Positions 1-7,622 of a stretch of 18,284 nt of DNA are shown in pieces. Source of the DNA: Chthonomonadales bacterium (GTDB lineage: Bacteria; Armatimonadota; Chthonomonadetes; Chthonomonadales; Chthonomonadaceae). The position numbers and the translations under genes were made by a program. The number at the start of each line of letters is the position of its first letter. The first letter of the stretch is position 1. The stretch lies in assembly GCA_038217285.1 (NCBI GenBank), contig JBBQPO010000113.1, positions 1 to 18,284 of the forward strand, in the 5' to 3' direction. The notes beneath the pieces were generated by a model. It had not been told where the DNA came from and made no database searches. It saw only the letters and a list, made by a program, of their open reading frames with translations.

Positions 1-996
1 GATGCCGAGTGGCTCGCGACTGGTGGCCAGAATGGTCAGTTGAGGACAGGTCTTGAGGAGACTATCCGCCAGAGAGGCGCAGGCGCCGAGGAGGTGTTCG
101 CAGTTGTCGAGGAGGAGCAGAAGTTGTCGCTCCCGCAGATAGTCCTGAAGAGTCTGCAGCAGGGAACGGTTCGGCTCCTCACGCAGCCCTAACGCGGCTG
201 TCACTGCTTGGGACACTAGGTTTGGATCGGAGAGGGCCGCCAATTCCACCAGCCACACCCCTTCCTTGTAGTGGTCCAGCACGTCGGCTCCTACCTGCAA
301 AGCCAGGCGGGTCTTGCCCCCACCGCCACTTCCCAGCAGCGTCAGCAGTGGTGTGAAAGGCAGAAGCCGCTTCATCTCCGCCATCTCCTGGTCGCGACCG
401 ATGAAGGAGGTCATCTGGCGTGGCAAGTTGGTGGGCAGATAGTTCAGCGACTTGAGCGGTGGGAACGTGAGGGGAAGAGCAGCGTGCTGTAGCTGCCAAA
501 CCTGTTCGGGAGCCAGTAGGTCTTTGAGGGAGTGCTGCCCCATAGCCAACAGTGTCACTTCTGCAGGCAGGTTTTGATACACAAGCTGGTATGTGGTATG
601 GGACAGGAGGGTCTGTTGTCCATGCCCGATGGCTTGCAAGCGCGCCACACGATTGAGGGTGGGGCCGAAGTAGTCGCCGTCGCGTTCGTGGGCTTCCCCA
701 GTATGCAGTCCCATGCGCACCCGCAACGGCCCGGTCTCGACCCACTCCTCGTTGAGCAGAAGCAGATGGGAGGTAAGCGCGGCCTTCAGAGCGTCGGTAG
801 CAGTCGCGAAGACGGCACAGAAGGCATCGCCGACGGTCTTGAAGACGACGCCCCTATTTTCCTCGATCGCTTGGCGCAGCAGCGTGTCATGCCGTTCCAG
901 AGCCAGACGCATCGCCTCGGGGCGAGTTTCCCACAGTTTGGTCGAGCCTTCGATGTCAGTAAAAAGAAAGGTGACGGTTCCCGAGGGTAGGAACAT
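1..996 (-). CDS. Class III adenylate/guanylate cyclase domain fused to a STAND/NB-ARC-like ATPase (5' part; continues beyond the left edge)
   Basis: Manual translation from ATG at 996 (GGAGG RBS upstream) is open to position 1: MFLPSGTVTFLFTDIEGSTKLWE...FKTVGDAFCAVF...RVRMGLHTG...DYFGPTLNRVARL (cyclase), then NLPRQMTSFIGR...LLTLLGSGGGGKTRLA (Walker A), LLLLLDNCEHL (Walker B), ILATSREPL. Confidence 0.93.
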   Translation of the reverse strand, partial: MFLPSGTVTFLFTDIEGSTKLWETRPEAMRLALERHDTLLRQAIEENRGVVFKTVGDAFCAVFATATDALKAALTSHLLLLNEEWVETGPLRVRMGLHTGEAHERDGDYFGPTLNRVARLQAIGHGQQTLLSHTTYQLVYQNLPAEVTLLAMGQHSLKDLLAPEQVWQLQHAALPLTFPPLKSLNYLPTNLPRQMTSFIGRDQEMAEMKRLLPFTPLLTLLGSGGGGKTRLALQVGADVLDHYKEGVWLVELAALSDPNLVSQAVTAALGLREEPNRSLLQTLQDYLRERQLLLLLDNCEHLLGACASLADSLLKTCPQLTILATSREPLGI

Positions 997-1146
997 AGTG
1001 AACCTCCAGGCAGCGTTCGAAGATCACAATAGGATCGTCTTGAAGTTCGCCAAGCAACAAGGCTTCTCCTACCAATGTGTGGGAAAGCCACAGGGTGCCC
1101 TCATGATCCGTAAGTCTATGTCGTCATGATGACCTTTAAGATAAAG

Positions 1147-1461
1147 TCAGTCGGCCTCCAACTGCGGGGCGGGAGGAAAGAAGAAGTTGTTCTCGTTATC
1201 TTCGATTTCTGCGGAAAACCGTGAGGTTGCAAGGAGAACGCCGGCCAGTATCTGCCCCAAGTGGAGTGCCTGCATTGAGTCCTCGCCAAACGCAGCGAGC
1301 ACCTCGTCATTCTCAATTCCGAGAACCTGAACGGTGCAATACCAGGCTTGGCCGTCATCATTGACATGGAGTATAGGCGTTCCGAGACGCGCCTCTACCA
1401 CGGAAGTCGTTCCATTTTGTTTTGTGCGCGTAAGCTCCCGTGTTGCGATAACGGCTGACAT
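1147..1461 (-). CDS. Small hypothetical protein, DUF6968-like
   Basis: MSAVIATREL...ARLGTP...WYCTVQVLG...AFGEDSMQALHL fits the IAxRxL / WxC / GxDSxQAL pattern as recalled for DUF6968. Start taken at ATG 1461 within ORF 1147..1530. Confidence 0.65.
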   Translation of the reverse strand: MSAVIATRELTRTKQNGTTSVVEARLGTPILHVNDDGQAWYCTVQVLGIENDEVLAAFGEDSMQALHLGQILAGVLLATSRFSAEIEDNENNFFFPPAPQLEAD

Positions 1462-1729
1462 CGTGTAATCCACAGTAATCTTCTCCTCGCAGAAATGATC
1501 GGTAATCGTCGTTGCCTTCGACTTTAGCACAAACAGGTGGCTCGGCGATATGATAGGGGACGGAACCCATCTCCATTTTACCTTTCGATTGTATCGCGAA
1601 AGAGGAACCGCATGGCTGCTTCATTATGGAAACTGCTCGTATCCATCTACAACGAAGTCTCGATCTGGTAAGCTCTTACCAGCCTTTCGATGCACTGGGC
1701 GAAATATACCGAGAGAGGGTCTGAACACG

Positions 1730-2197
1730 ATGCGCAAAATAGGAATACTCATCACTCTGGGACAGGTGGTAGCGCTTCTCTTCGCAATACTTGCTATCGT
1801 TCTCGTGTTTCGATTTCCACCCTATGAGACCGATGCCAGCTTGATAGGCGGCGATGCGTACTTTGTTTCGGGCATGCCGCCCACTGAAAGCGCGGGTATG
1901 TGGAGCCTGAACAACTCCCTCCTACGCTGGGAACTGGTATTCATCGGTCTGACCCTATGCGCGGCACTGATAGCGTTCGGTCGAGGAGCCGGAAAGAGCC
2001 AGAGGCACTGCATGCTTATCGGCCTCGCTCTGGAAGCCGCTTTTTTAGGAGGCAGTCTGCCCTCGATCAACAACTTCATGGGGCCGGAATTTACCTGGTT
2101 CGTGCTGAATATGCTGGCGGTTGCGGTGCTGTTCCTGGTCTTCATAGCAGAAATTGACCGCTGTTTAGGTTCTGCGAGAGGCCCGTCGAGGTCTTAG
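1730..2197 (+). CDS. Hypothetical integral membrane protein (~4 TM helices)
   Basis: ATG at 1730 after purine-rich GAGAGAGGG. MRKIGILITLGQVVALLFAILAIVLVF is followed by three more hydrophobic segments. Confidence 0.7.
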   Translation: MRKIGILITLGQVVALLFAILAIVLVFRFPPYETDASLIGGDAYFVSGMPPTESAGMWSLNNSLLRWELVFIGLTLCAALIAFGRGAGKSQRHCMLIGLALEAAFLGGSLPSINNFMGPEFTWFVLNMLAVAVLFLVFIAEIDRCLGSARGPSRS

Positions 2198-2246
2198 CGT
2201 ATGTTTTCGTTCCGATGATGATCCTGTTGGCGAATTCCCAAGTGCT

Positions 2247-2858
2247 TTGTTTTGGCCCTTCCTGGCGAGAGTGAGGAAGTATTCTAAAAGTAACTTGAAC
2301 GCCTCAGAATGGATTCGAAGAGAAGCCATTTTGCGAACGACGCAAAACGAGAGCAATCTGCTGGTTTCGACCATGACCGATGGTCCGAACTTCCTGATCG
2401 GCGGTCGCATCATCCATTTGCCGAGTCCTGGCCCCGCCGCAAGTTACCCCAGTATGACGCTGCGGTCGTTTCGCATCGCGCAGCCGGGTGTCGTTCAACA
2501 AACCTGGCAGGCTCAAGTCCCGAAAGATATAGAGTTCGGAACCGCCATTGCCTCCCCTGACAACAGACTTCTGCTCTGGTCGTGCAGCACCTCTCGGCAT
2601 ACCTCCCTGAGTGAATGGCTACATCGGCTGTTTTCGGAGCGCAAAATCGTTACCGTGGTCAAGACAAACTGGTTTCTGAGCGACTTGCAGGGCAAGAATA
2701 TGCATCCGATCCTGGAAGATGTTATCGGCAACGATGCTCTCTTCCAGGAAGACGACGGCAGAACGGACAGCCCTACGCTCTCTTTTAGCTGGACTCCAGA
2801 CAGCAAACATCTGAGTTTCCTCTACAAACGCCAACTCTACTTTGTTCCTGTCGATTGA
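2247..2858 (+). CDS. Hypothetical protein with a C-terminal TolB/PD40-like beta-propeller repeat; possibly 5'-truncated
   Basis: Propeller-like motifs IASPDNRLLLW and FSWTPDSKHLSFLYKRQLYFVPV. No convincing RBS or start; the frame is open only back to 2169. Confidence 0.5.
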   Translation: MFWPFLARVRKYSKSNLNASEWIRREAILRTTQNESNLLVSTMTDGPNFLIGGRIIHLPSPGPAASYPSMTLRSFRIAQPGVVQQTWQAQVPKDIEFGTAIASPDNRLLLWSCSTSRHTSLSEWLHRLFSERKIVTVVKTNWFLSDLQGKNMHPILEDVIGNDALFQEDDGRTDSPTLSFSWTPDSKHLSFLYKRQLYFVPVD

Positions 2859-2879
2859 GGCATTGTGCATAGCGAACTA

Positions 2880-2909
2880 TTGACACCAGCACACGTAGTG
2901 AGTTATTAT
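2880..2909 (+). promoter_or_regulatory. Sigma70-type promoter of imuB-dnaE2
   Basis: TTGACA (2880-2885), 18-nt spacer, TATTAT (2904-2909), in an AT-rich gap ~40 nt before the imuB ATG. Confidence 0.7.
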
Positions 2910-2950
2910 AGGATACAGATTTACACTTCTCTTTGTCGGGTTTACTCTCT

Positions 2951-4363
2951 ATGATCGCCTGTTTCTATATGCCGCAGATCGCTATCGCCACCGAACGCAT
3001 TCGCGCTCTATCGCTCTGGGGGCAGCCACTGGCCCTGGTCGGAGAGGACGATGCCCTTGTCTGTGTCTCCGAGGAGGCTGCGACGGCGGGTGTCAAGCCG
3101 GGACAGGCCGCAGGCGGTGCGCGGGCGCTCTGCAAACGACTAGTCGTGCTGCCTTATGACCTGGCCGCTTACGAAGCGGCGGCGCAGGTCGTCTGGGAGG
3201 CCCTGGCGGTCGAGAGTTCCCTCGTGGAGCCGGTCGCGCCGGAGATCTGTTATGTACAGTTCGACGGCAGCCAGATCGTTTTGCGGGTGCGGGATCTGCT
3301 GCGGCGACTGGTGGCCGCAACGCGATTCTCGCTGCAGGTGGGGCTGGCCGAGAGTAAGATCGTGGCCTATCATGCGGCGAGGCAGACGGATATTGATACG
3401 GTCTCTCGGGTGGATCGCCTGCCGGAGGAGATTCTGCAGGAAGTATCGCTGGCGTCATGGCCGCTGCTGGGGGAGGTGCCGCAGCGGCAGTTGGCAAAGC
3501 TCGGGATCCGTACCTTTGGGGAGCTGGCCCGCCTGCCGGAGCGAGAGCTGCAGCGTCGCCTGGGGACGCTGGCAGCACACCTCTCCCGCCTCGCCCAAGG
3601 ACACGACAGCGATCCTGTCCGGGCGAAATGGCCTCCGCCCGTGCTCTGCGAACAGGAGATATTGGAGTACGAGGTGACCGACATCACGGTCATCGAGGCG
3701 GCTCTGCAGCGCTGTGCCGCTGGGCTGGCGCGGCGTCTGCGCGGGCGGCGGGAGTTCTGTCGTTCTCTGGCGGTCTGTCTGACCCTGGAAGATCAGAACC
3801 AGTTGCGGCAGCAGGAGCGGCTGGCCGACCCGATCGATCTGGAAGCCTCTCTGTTCCGCGCGGCGCGCCGACTGCTTGTGCGGATGCAGCCGACGATAGA
3901 CCGGCCGGTGGTGGAAATCGCTCTGCAAGCGGGGGAGTTGGGAGCGGGCTCCGGAATCCAACTGGAGCTGATGGACCTGTATGCCAATCCGATGCCGCAC
4001 TTGCGCCTACAGCGACTGCGCACCACGATAGGCCACTTGCAGCAGCGCTTTGGGCTGGGCTGCGTGGTGACGGCGCGCACCCTCTGGCAGGCGCGCCGGA
4101 TCGATCTCTGGACCTACCCGCTCTGTCATCAGGTTCGGGAAGCGGTGCAGGTCATCACCAGTTCTGCCGGAGTGCCGGTGCGCTTCCTGCGGCGTGGAGA
4201 GGTCTATCACGTAGAGACGGTGCATCGCGACTGGCGGGAGGCGGAGTGGGAGTGGGATGAGTTGAGCCTCCATGTTGTCTATCGTATCGAGACGCATCCC
4301 CCAGGGCTGTATGAGCTGCGTCTTACCGGCCGCCACTGGCTGCTCTGCGGCATTGCGGACTGA
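2951..4363 (+). CDS. imuB: ImuB-like, catalytically inactive Y-family polymerase homolog with a C-terminal ImuB-C/DUF6504-like domain
   Basis: Y-family motifs (SEEAATAGVKPGQ, LQVGLAESKIVA, LAKLGIRTFGELARLP) without the catalytic Asp/Asp-Glu (IACFYMP; EPVAPEICY). Clamp-binding-like QLELM, then LQQRFG, then a Trp-rich tail PVRFLRRG...WREAEWEWD...WLLCGIAD. Lies directly upstream of dnaE2. Confidence 0.88.
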   Translation: MIACFYMPQIAIATERIRALSLWGQPLALVGEDDALVCVSEEAATAGVKPGQAAGGARALCKRLVVLPYDLAAYEAAAQVVWEALAVESSLVEPVAPEICYVQFDGSQIVLRVRDLLRRLVAATRFSLQVGLAESKIVAYHAARQTDIDTVSRVDRLPEEILQEVSLASWPLLGEVPQRQLAKLGIRTFGELARLPERELQRRLGTLAAHLSRLAQGHDSDPVRAKWPPPVLCEQEILEYEVTDITVIEAALQRCAAGLARRLRGRREFCRSLAVCLTLEDQNQLRQQERLADPIDLEASLFRAARRLLVRMQPTIDRPVVEIALQAGELGAGSGIQLELMDLYANPMPHLRLQRLRTTIGHLQQRFGLGCVVTARTLWQARRIDLWTYPLCHQVREAVQVITSSAGVPVRFLRRGEVYHVETVHRDWREAEWEWDELSLHVVYRIETHPPGLYELRLTGRHWLLCGIAD

Positions 4364-4376
4364 GGAGAGAAGCGCC

Positions 4377-7300
4377 CTGTTTATCCATCTTCATACCCAT
4401 AGCCCCTATTCGTTCCTGGACGGAGCGTCGAGCCTCGAGGATCTGGTCCGGGCGGCGGCGCAGCACGGCATGCCCGCGCTGGCGCTGACCGATCACAACT
4501 CCCTGGCCGCCGCCGTCAAGTTCGTGGTCTGCTGTCAGGAGTACGGCGTCCTGCCGATCTTGGGCAGTGAGGTGACGATGGAGGACGGTTCTCACCTGAC
4601 CCTGCTGGCGAAAAATAGGGTGGGCTATGGAAATCTATGCCGCCTGATAACGGCCGGTTACGCGCATGGCGGAAGACTGAGTCCCCGGTCGCCCTGGCAG
4701 GCTCTGGAAGTCTGCACGGAGGACGTTCTCTGCCTGACCGGGTGCCGGAAAGGGCGCCTCCCTGCCTTGATACGGTCCCACCGTTATGCGGAGGCGCGGG
4801 CCGAGGCAGAGAGGCTGCGCGGTCTTTTTGCAGGGGGAAACCTCTATCTGGAGCTTCAGGAGGATTTCGACCCCGACTCGCATCAGACCTGTCTGGATCT
4901 GGCGGAACTCGGGCGGGAACTTGGGCTGCCGGTGGTGGCGACCAACAACGTCCACTATGTGCGCCGCGCCGACTATATCACCCACGATGTCCTGCGCGCC
5001 ATCGCCACTCTCACAGACCACGACGCCATTCATGCCGACCGGCCCCTGAATGCGGAACGCTCGCTGAAATCACCGGCGAAAATGGCGGATATCTTCGCCT
5101 GGCACCCGGAGGCGGTGCGGAATACCGTCGTGATCGCGGAGCAGTGTACCCTGGCCCTGCCAAACAAAGAAGATATCACCCCGCGCTACGCGCTGCGGGA
5201 AGGGTGGGACGCGCCGGGCTACCTGCGGCATCTGGCTTTCAAGGGCGCCGAGTTTCGTTATCGGGGAGTGACGCCCATCGTGCGCGCCCGTCTCGAACAC
5301 GAACTCGCCCTAATCACCGATCTGGGCTACGCCGACTACTTCCTGATGGTCTGGGAGATCGTGCGGTGGGCGCGCAAAAACGGTATCCGGGCCACCGGGC
5401 GGGGCAGCGCCGCCGACAGTTGCGTGGCTTATGCGCTGACACTCACCGATGTGGAGGTGATTACGCGGGATCTGCCGTTCGCACGGTTTCTGGTGCCCGG
5501 CAAGACCCCGGATATCGACATGGACTTTCCCAGCGAGCGCCGCGACGACGTGTTCCGCTACATTCTGCAGCAGTATGGAGAGGCGCATGTGGGCATGGCC
5601 TGCACGTTCCATACCTACTGGTCCCGCTCGGCGGTGCGCGACATCGGCAAGGCGCTCGCCCTCGCTCCGGATGTGCTGGAGGCGGTATCCCGGCATCTCA
5701 ACGGGTTCATTCGGGCCGATCAGATCGATCAGGCGTTCGAACGATTCGCGGAGCTGAGGCCCTATGTGAAATATAAGGAGCGATTTCGTCTGCTCTTCAC
5801 GCTCTGCGCCCGCATCGCGGGCTTTCCCCGCCATATTGGAACGCATAGCTCCGGCATCGTGATCGCGCGCGTACCGCTGGCGACCCTCGCGCCGCTGGTT
5901 CCCTCCGCACGGGGCCTGACGCAGATCTGGACGCTCGACAAGGACGACGCCGAAGAGCTGGGAGCTATCAAGTTCGATGTGCTCAGCCTGCGCACCCTCT
6001 CCGCCGTCGGAGATGCCGAGCGGGCGATCCAGACGACGCAGCCGCGCTGGCGCTATAATCGCCTTCCGCTCGACGATCCCGCGACCTATGCGCTGATGCA
6101 GGCCGGGCAGTCGGTGGGAGTGTTCCAGTTTGAAAGTCCGGCCCAGATCGCGCTGGCCGGTTCGCTGACACCGGAGCATTTCGAGGATCTGGTGGCGAGC
6201 GTCGCGCTGATCCGTCCCGGCCCGATCCGGGGCAACGGCGTCAGCCGGTTCGTGGCGGCCCGCAACGGCTGGGTGCGCGCCGACTGCCTGCATCCGGCCC
6301 TGCAGCAGATCCTGGGCAAGACCTACGGCGTCCTTGTCTTCCAGGAGCAGGTGGTGCAGGTCTTCGCCGCCATGACCGGCTGCTCGGAAGCGGAGGCCGA
6401 CAAGATCCGCAAGGGGCTGCTGCGCCACAACAAGATGGGGACGATGGAGGCAGCGAGAACCACGTTCTTGCGCGCCGCCATGACCCTGCACCGCGACCTG
6501 ACGCTGGCGCGAGGGAATCTGCTGTTCGACCAACTGGCGGCCTGGTGCGGTTACGGTTTTACGGAGGGGCATGCAGCCTCCTTCGCGCTAACGGGCTATA
6601 AGACCGCCTACCTGTCGGTGCATCATCCGGCGGCCTATTTCGCCGGACTGATGAACCATCAGCCGATGGGCTACTACAGCGCCAACAGTCTGGCGGCGGA
6701 GGCCCGGCGCCGGGGCGTTCAGATCCTGCCTGTCGACATCAATGAGAGCGAAGATCGCTGCCGTCCAGTCGGCGAAGAGGCTATTCGCCTCGGCTTTCGG
6801 CTGGTGGCGGAGATGCGGGAGGCCGACATCAAAGCGACCGTAGTGGGGCGGAGTGGAGAGCCTTTCCGGTCGCTGCTGGAGTTCTGCTGCCGGGTTCCCC
6901 TGCCTCGCCGCCTGCTGGAGAACCTGATCCTGTGCGGCGCTTTCGACCTCCTGCACGAGCATCGGCGCGGCCTGACGTGGCGTCTGGAAGAGACGCAGGG
7001 GCTGGCGGCAGCTTACCGGGCCGAAGAGGCCGACTCGCCCCAGTCCGCGCTGCGCTTCGGCTCTGCGCGGGAGGTTCCGACCCCCATAGCCGATACCATC
7101 GACGACTTCTCTCTTTGGGACAAGTTTATCTGGACCTGGCGGCTGACGGGCGTCTGTGCAGAGTGCCATGTCTTCACGCATCTGCGCTCGCAACTCGACC
7201 GGTGCCGGGTACTGACAACGGCGGAGGCGATGCAGCAGGCGGCGGGCACACGCGTCACGGTGGCCGGCCTGAATGTCCGACCGCATCGCCCGCCGACCCG

Positions 7301-7598
7301 CAGCGGCAAGCCGGTCCTGTTCACCAGCGTCGAGGACGAGATGGGTCTGCTTCAGATCGTCTGCTTCGGCGCGGAGATCGCAACGCTGACGCCTGTCTTC
7401 CTGACGGCTCCAGCGGTTCTGGTGCGCGGCGTCGTCGAGCGCAAAGGGCGGTCTGTGAGTCTGCGCGCAGAGAAAGCCAAGTTCCTGAGGATGGAAGATA
7501 TCACCACCCGCCTGCCAAAGATCCCAAGCGCGCCTCCCCTCGAAATCGAGGCCGTACTGGGCGAGATGCCTCACCAGGTGGAAGTCTTCGGGCGCTGA
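4377..7598 (+). CDS. dnaE2: Error-prone DNA polymerase III alpha subunit (DnaE2/ImuC type)
   Basis: PHP domain HLHTHSPYSFLDG and LALTDHN; GRGSAADS; catalytic PDIDMDF and KFDVLSL; VGVFQFES; YGFTEGHAASFA; HQPMGYYS; OB-fold HRPPTRSG. Start placed at CTG 4377 behind GAGGAG; alternatives are TTG 4353 and ATG 4311/4272. Confidence 0.93.
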   Translation: MFIHLHTHSPYSFLDGASSLEDLVRAAAQHGMPALALTDHNSLAAAVKFVVCCQEYGVLPILGSEVTMEDGSHLTLLAKNRVGYGNLCRLITAGYAHGGRLSPRSPWQALEVCTEDVLCLTGCRKGRLPALIRSHRYAEARAEAERLRGLFAGGNLYLELQEDFDPDSHQTCLDLAELGRELGLPVVATNNVHYVRRADYITHDVLRAIATLTDHDAIHADRPLNAERSLKSPAKMADIFAWHPEAVRNTVVIAEQCTLALPNKEDITPRYALREGWDAPGYLRHLAFKGAEFRYRGVTPIVRARLEHELALITDLGYADYFLMVWEIVRWARKNGIRATGRGSAADSCVAYALTLTDVEVITRDLPFARFLVPGKTPDIDMDFPSERRDDVFRYILQQYGEAHVGMACTFHTYWSRSAVRDIGKALALAPDVLEAVSRHLNGFIRADQIDQAFERFAELRPYVKYKERFRLLFTLCARIAGFPRHIGTHSSGIVIARVPLATLAPLVPSARGLTQIWTLDKDDAEELGAIKFDVLSLRTLSAVGDAERAIQTTQPRWRYNRLPLDDPATYALMQAGQSVGVFQFESPAQIALAGSLTPEHFEDLVASVALIRPGPIRGNGVSRFVAARNGWVRADCLHPALQQILGKTYGVLVFQEQVVQVFAAMTGCSEAEADKIRKGLLRHNKMGTMEAARTTFLRAAMTLHRDLTLARGNLLFDQLAAWCGYGFTEGHAASFALTGYKTAYLSVHHPAAYFAGLMNHQPMGYYSANSLAAEARRRGVQILPVDINESEDRCRPVGEEAIRLGFRLVAEMREADIKATVVGRSGEPFRSLLEFCCRVPLPRRLLENLILCGAFDLLHEHRRGLTWRLEETQGLAAAYRAEEADSPQSALRFGSAREVPTPIADTIDDFSLWDKFIWTWRLTGVCAECHVFTHLRSQLDRCRVLTTAEAMQQAAGTRVTVAGLNVRPHRPPTRSGKPVLFTSVEDEMGLLQIVCFGAEIATLTPVFLTAPAVLVRGVVERKGRSVSLRAEKAKFLRMEDITTRLPKIPSAPPLEIEAVLGEMPHQVEVFGR

Positions 7599-7622
7599 AA
7601 CTCGCACTGGTCACAGATTTCT

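Noticed and set aside
4130-4363. ImuB-DUF6504 as a novel gene fusion
   Set aside because: A Trp-rich ImuB-C domain at this position is the normal ImuB architecture; only its sequence variant is notable.
4272-4376. 35-aa N-terminal extension of DnaE2 given in the ORF track
   Set aside because: Overlaps the imuB C-terminus, has no SD, and precedes the usual DnaE start position.
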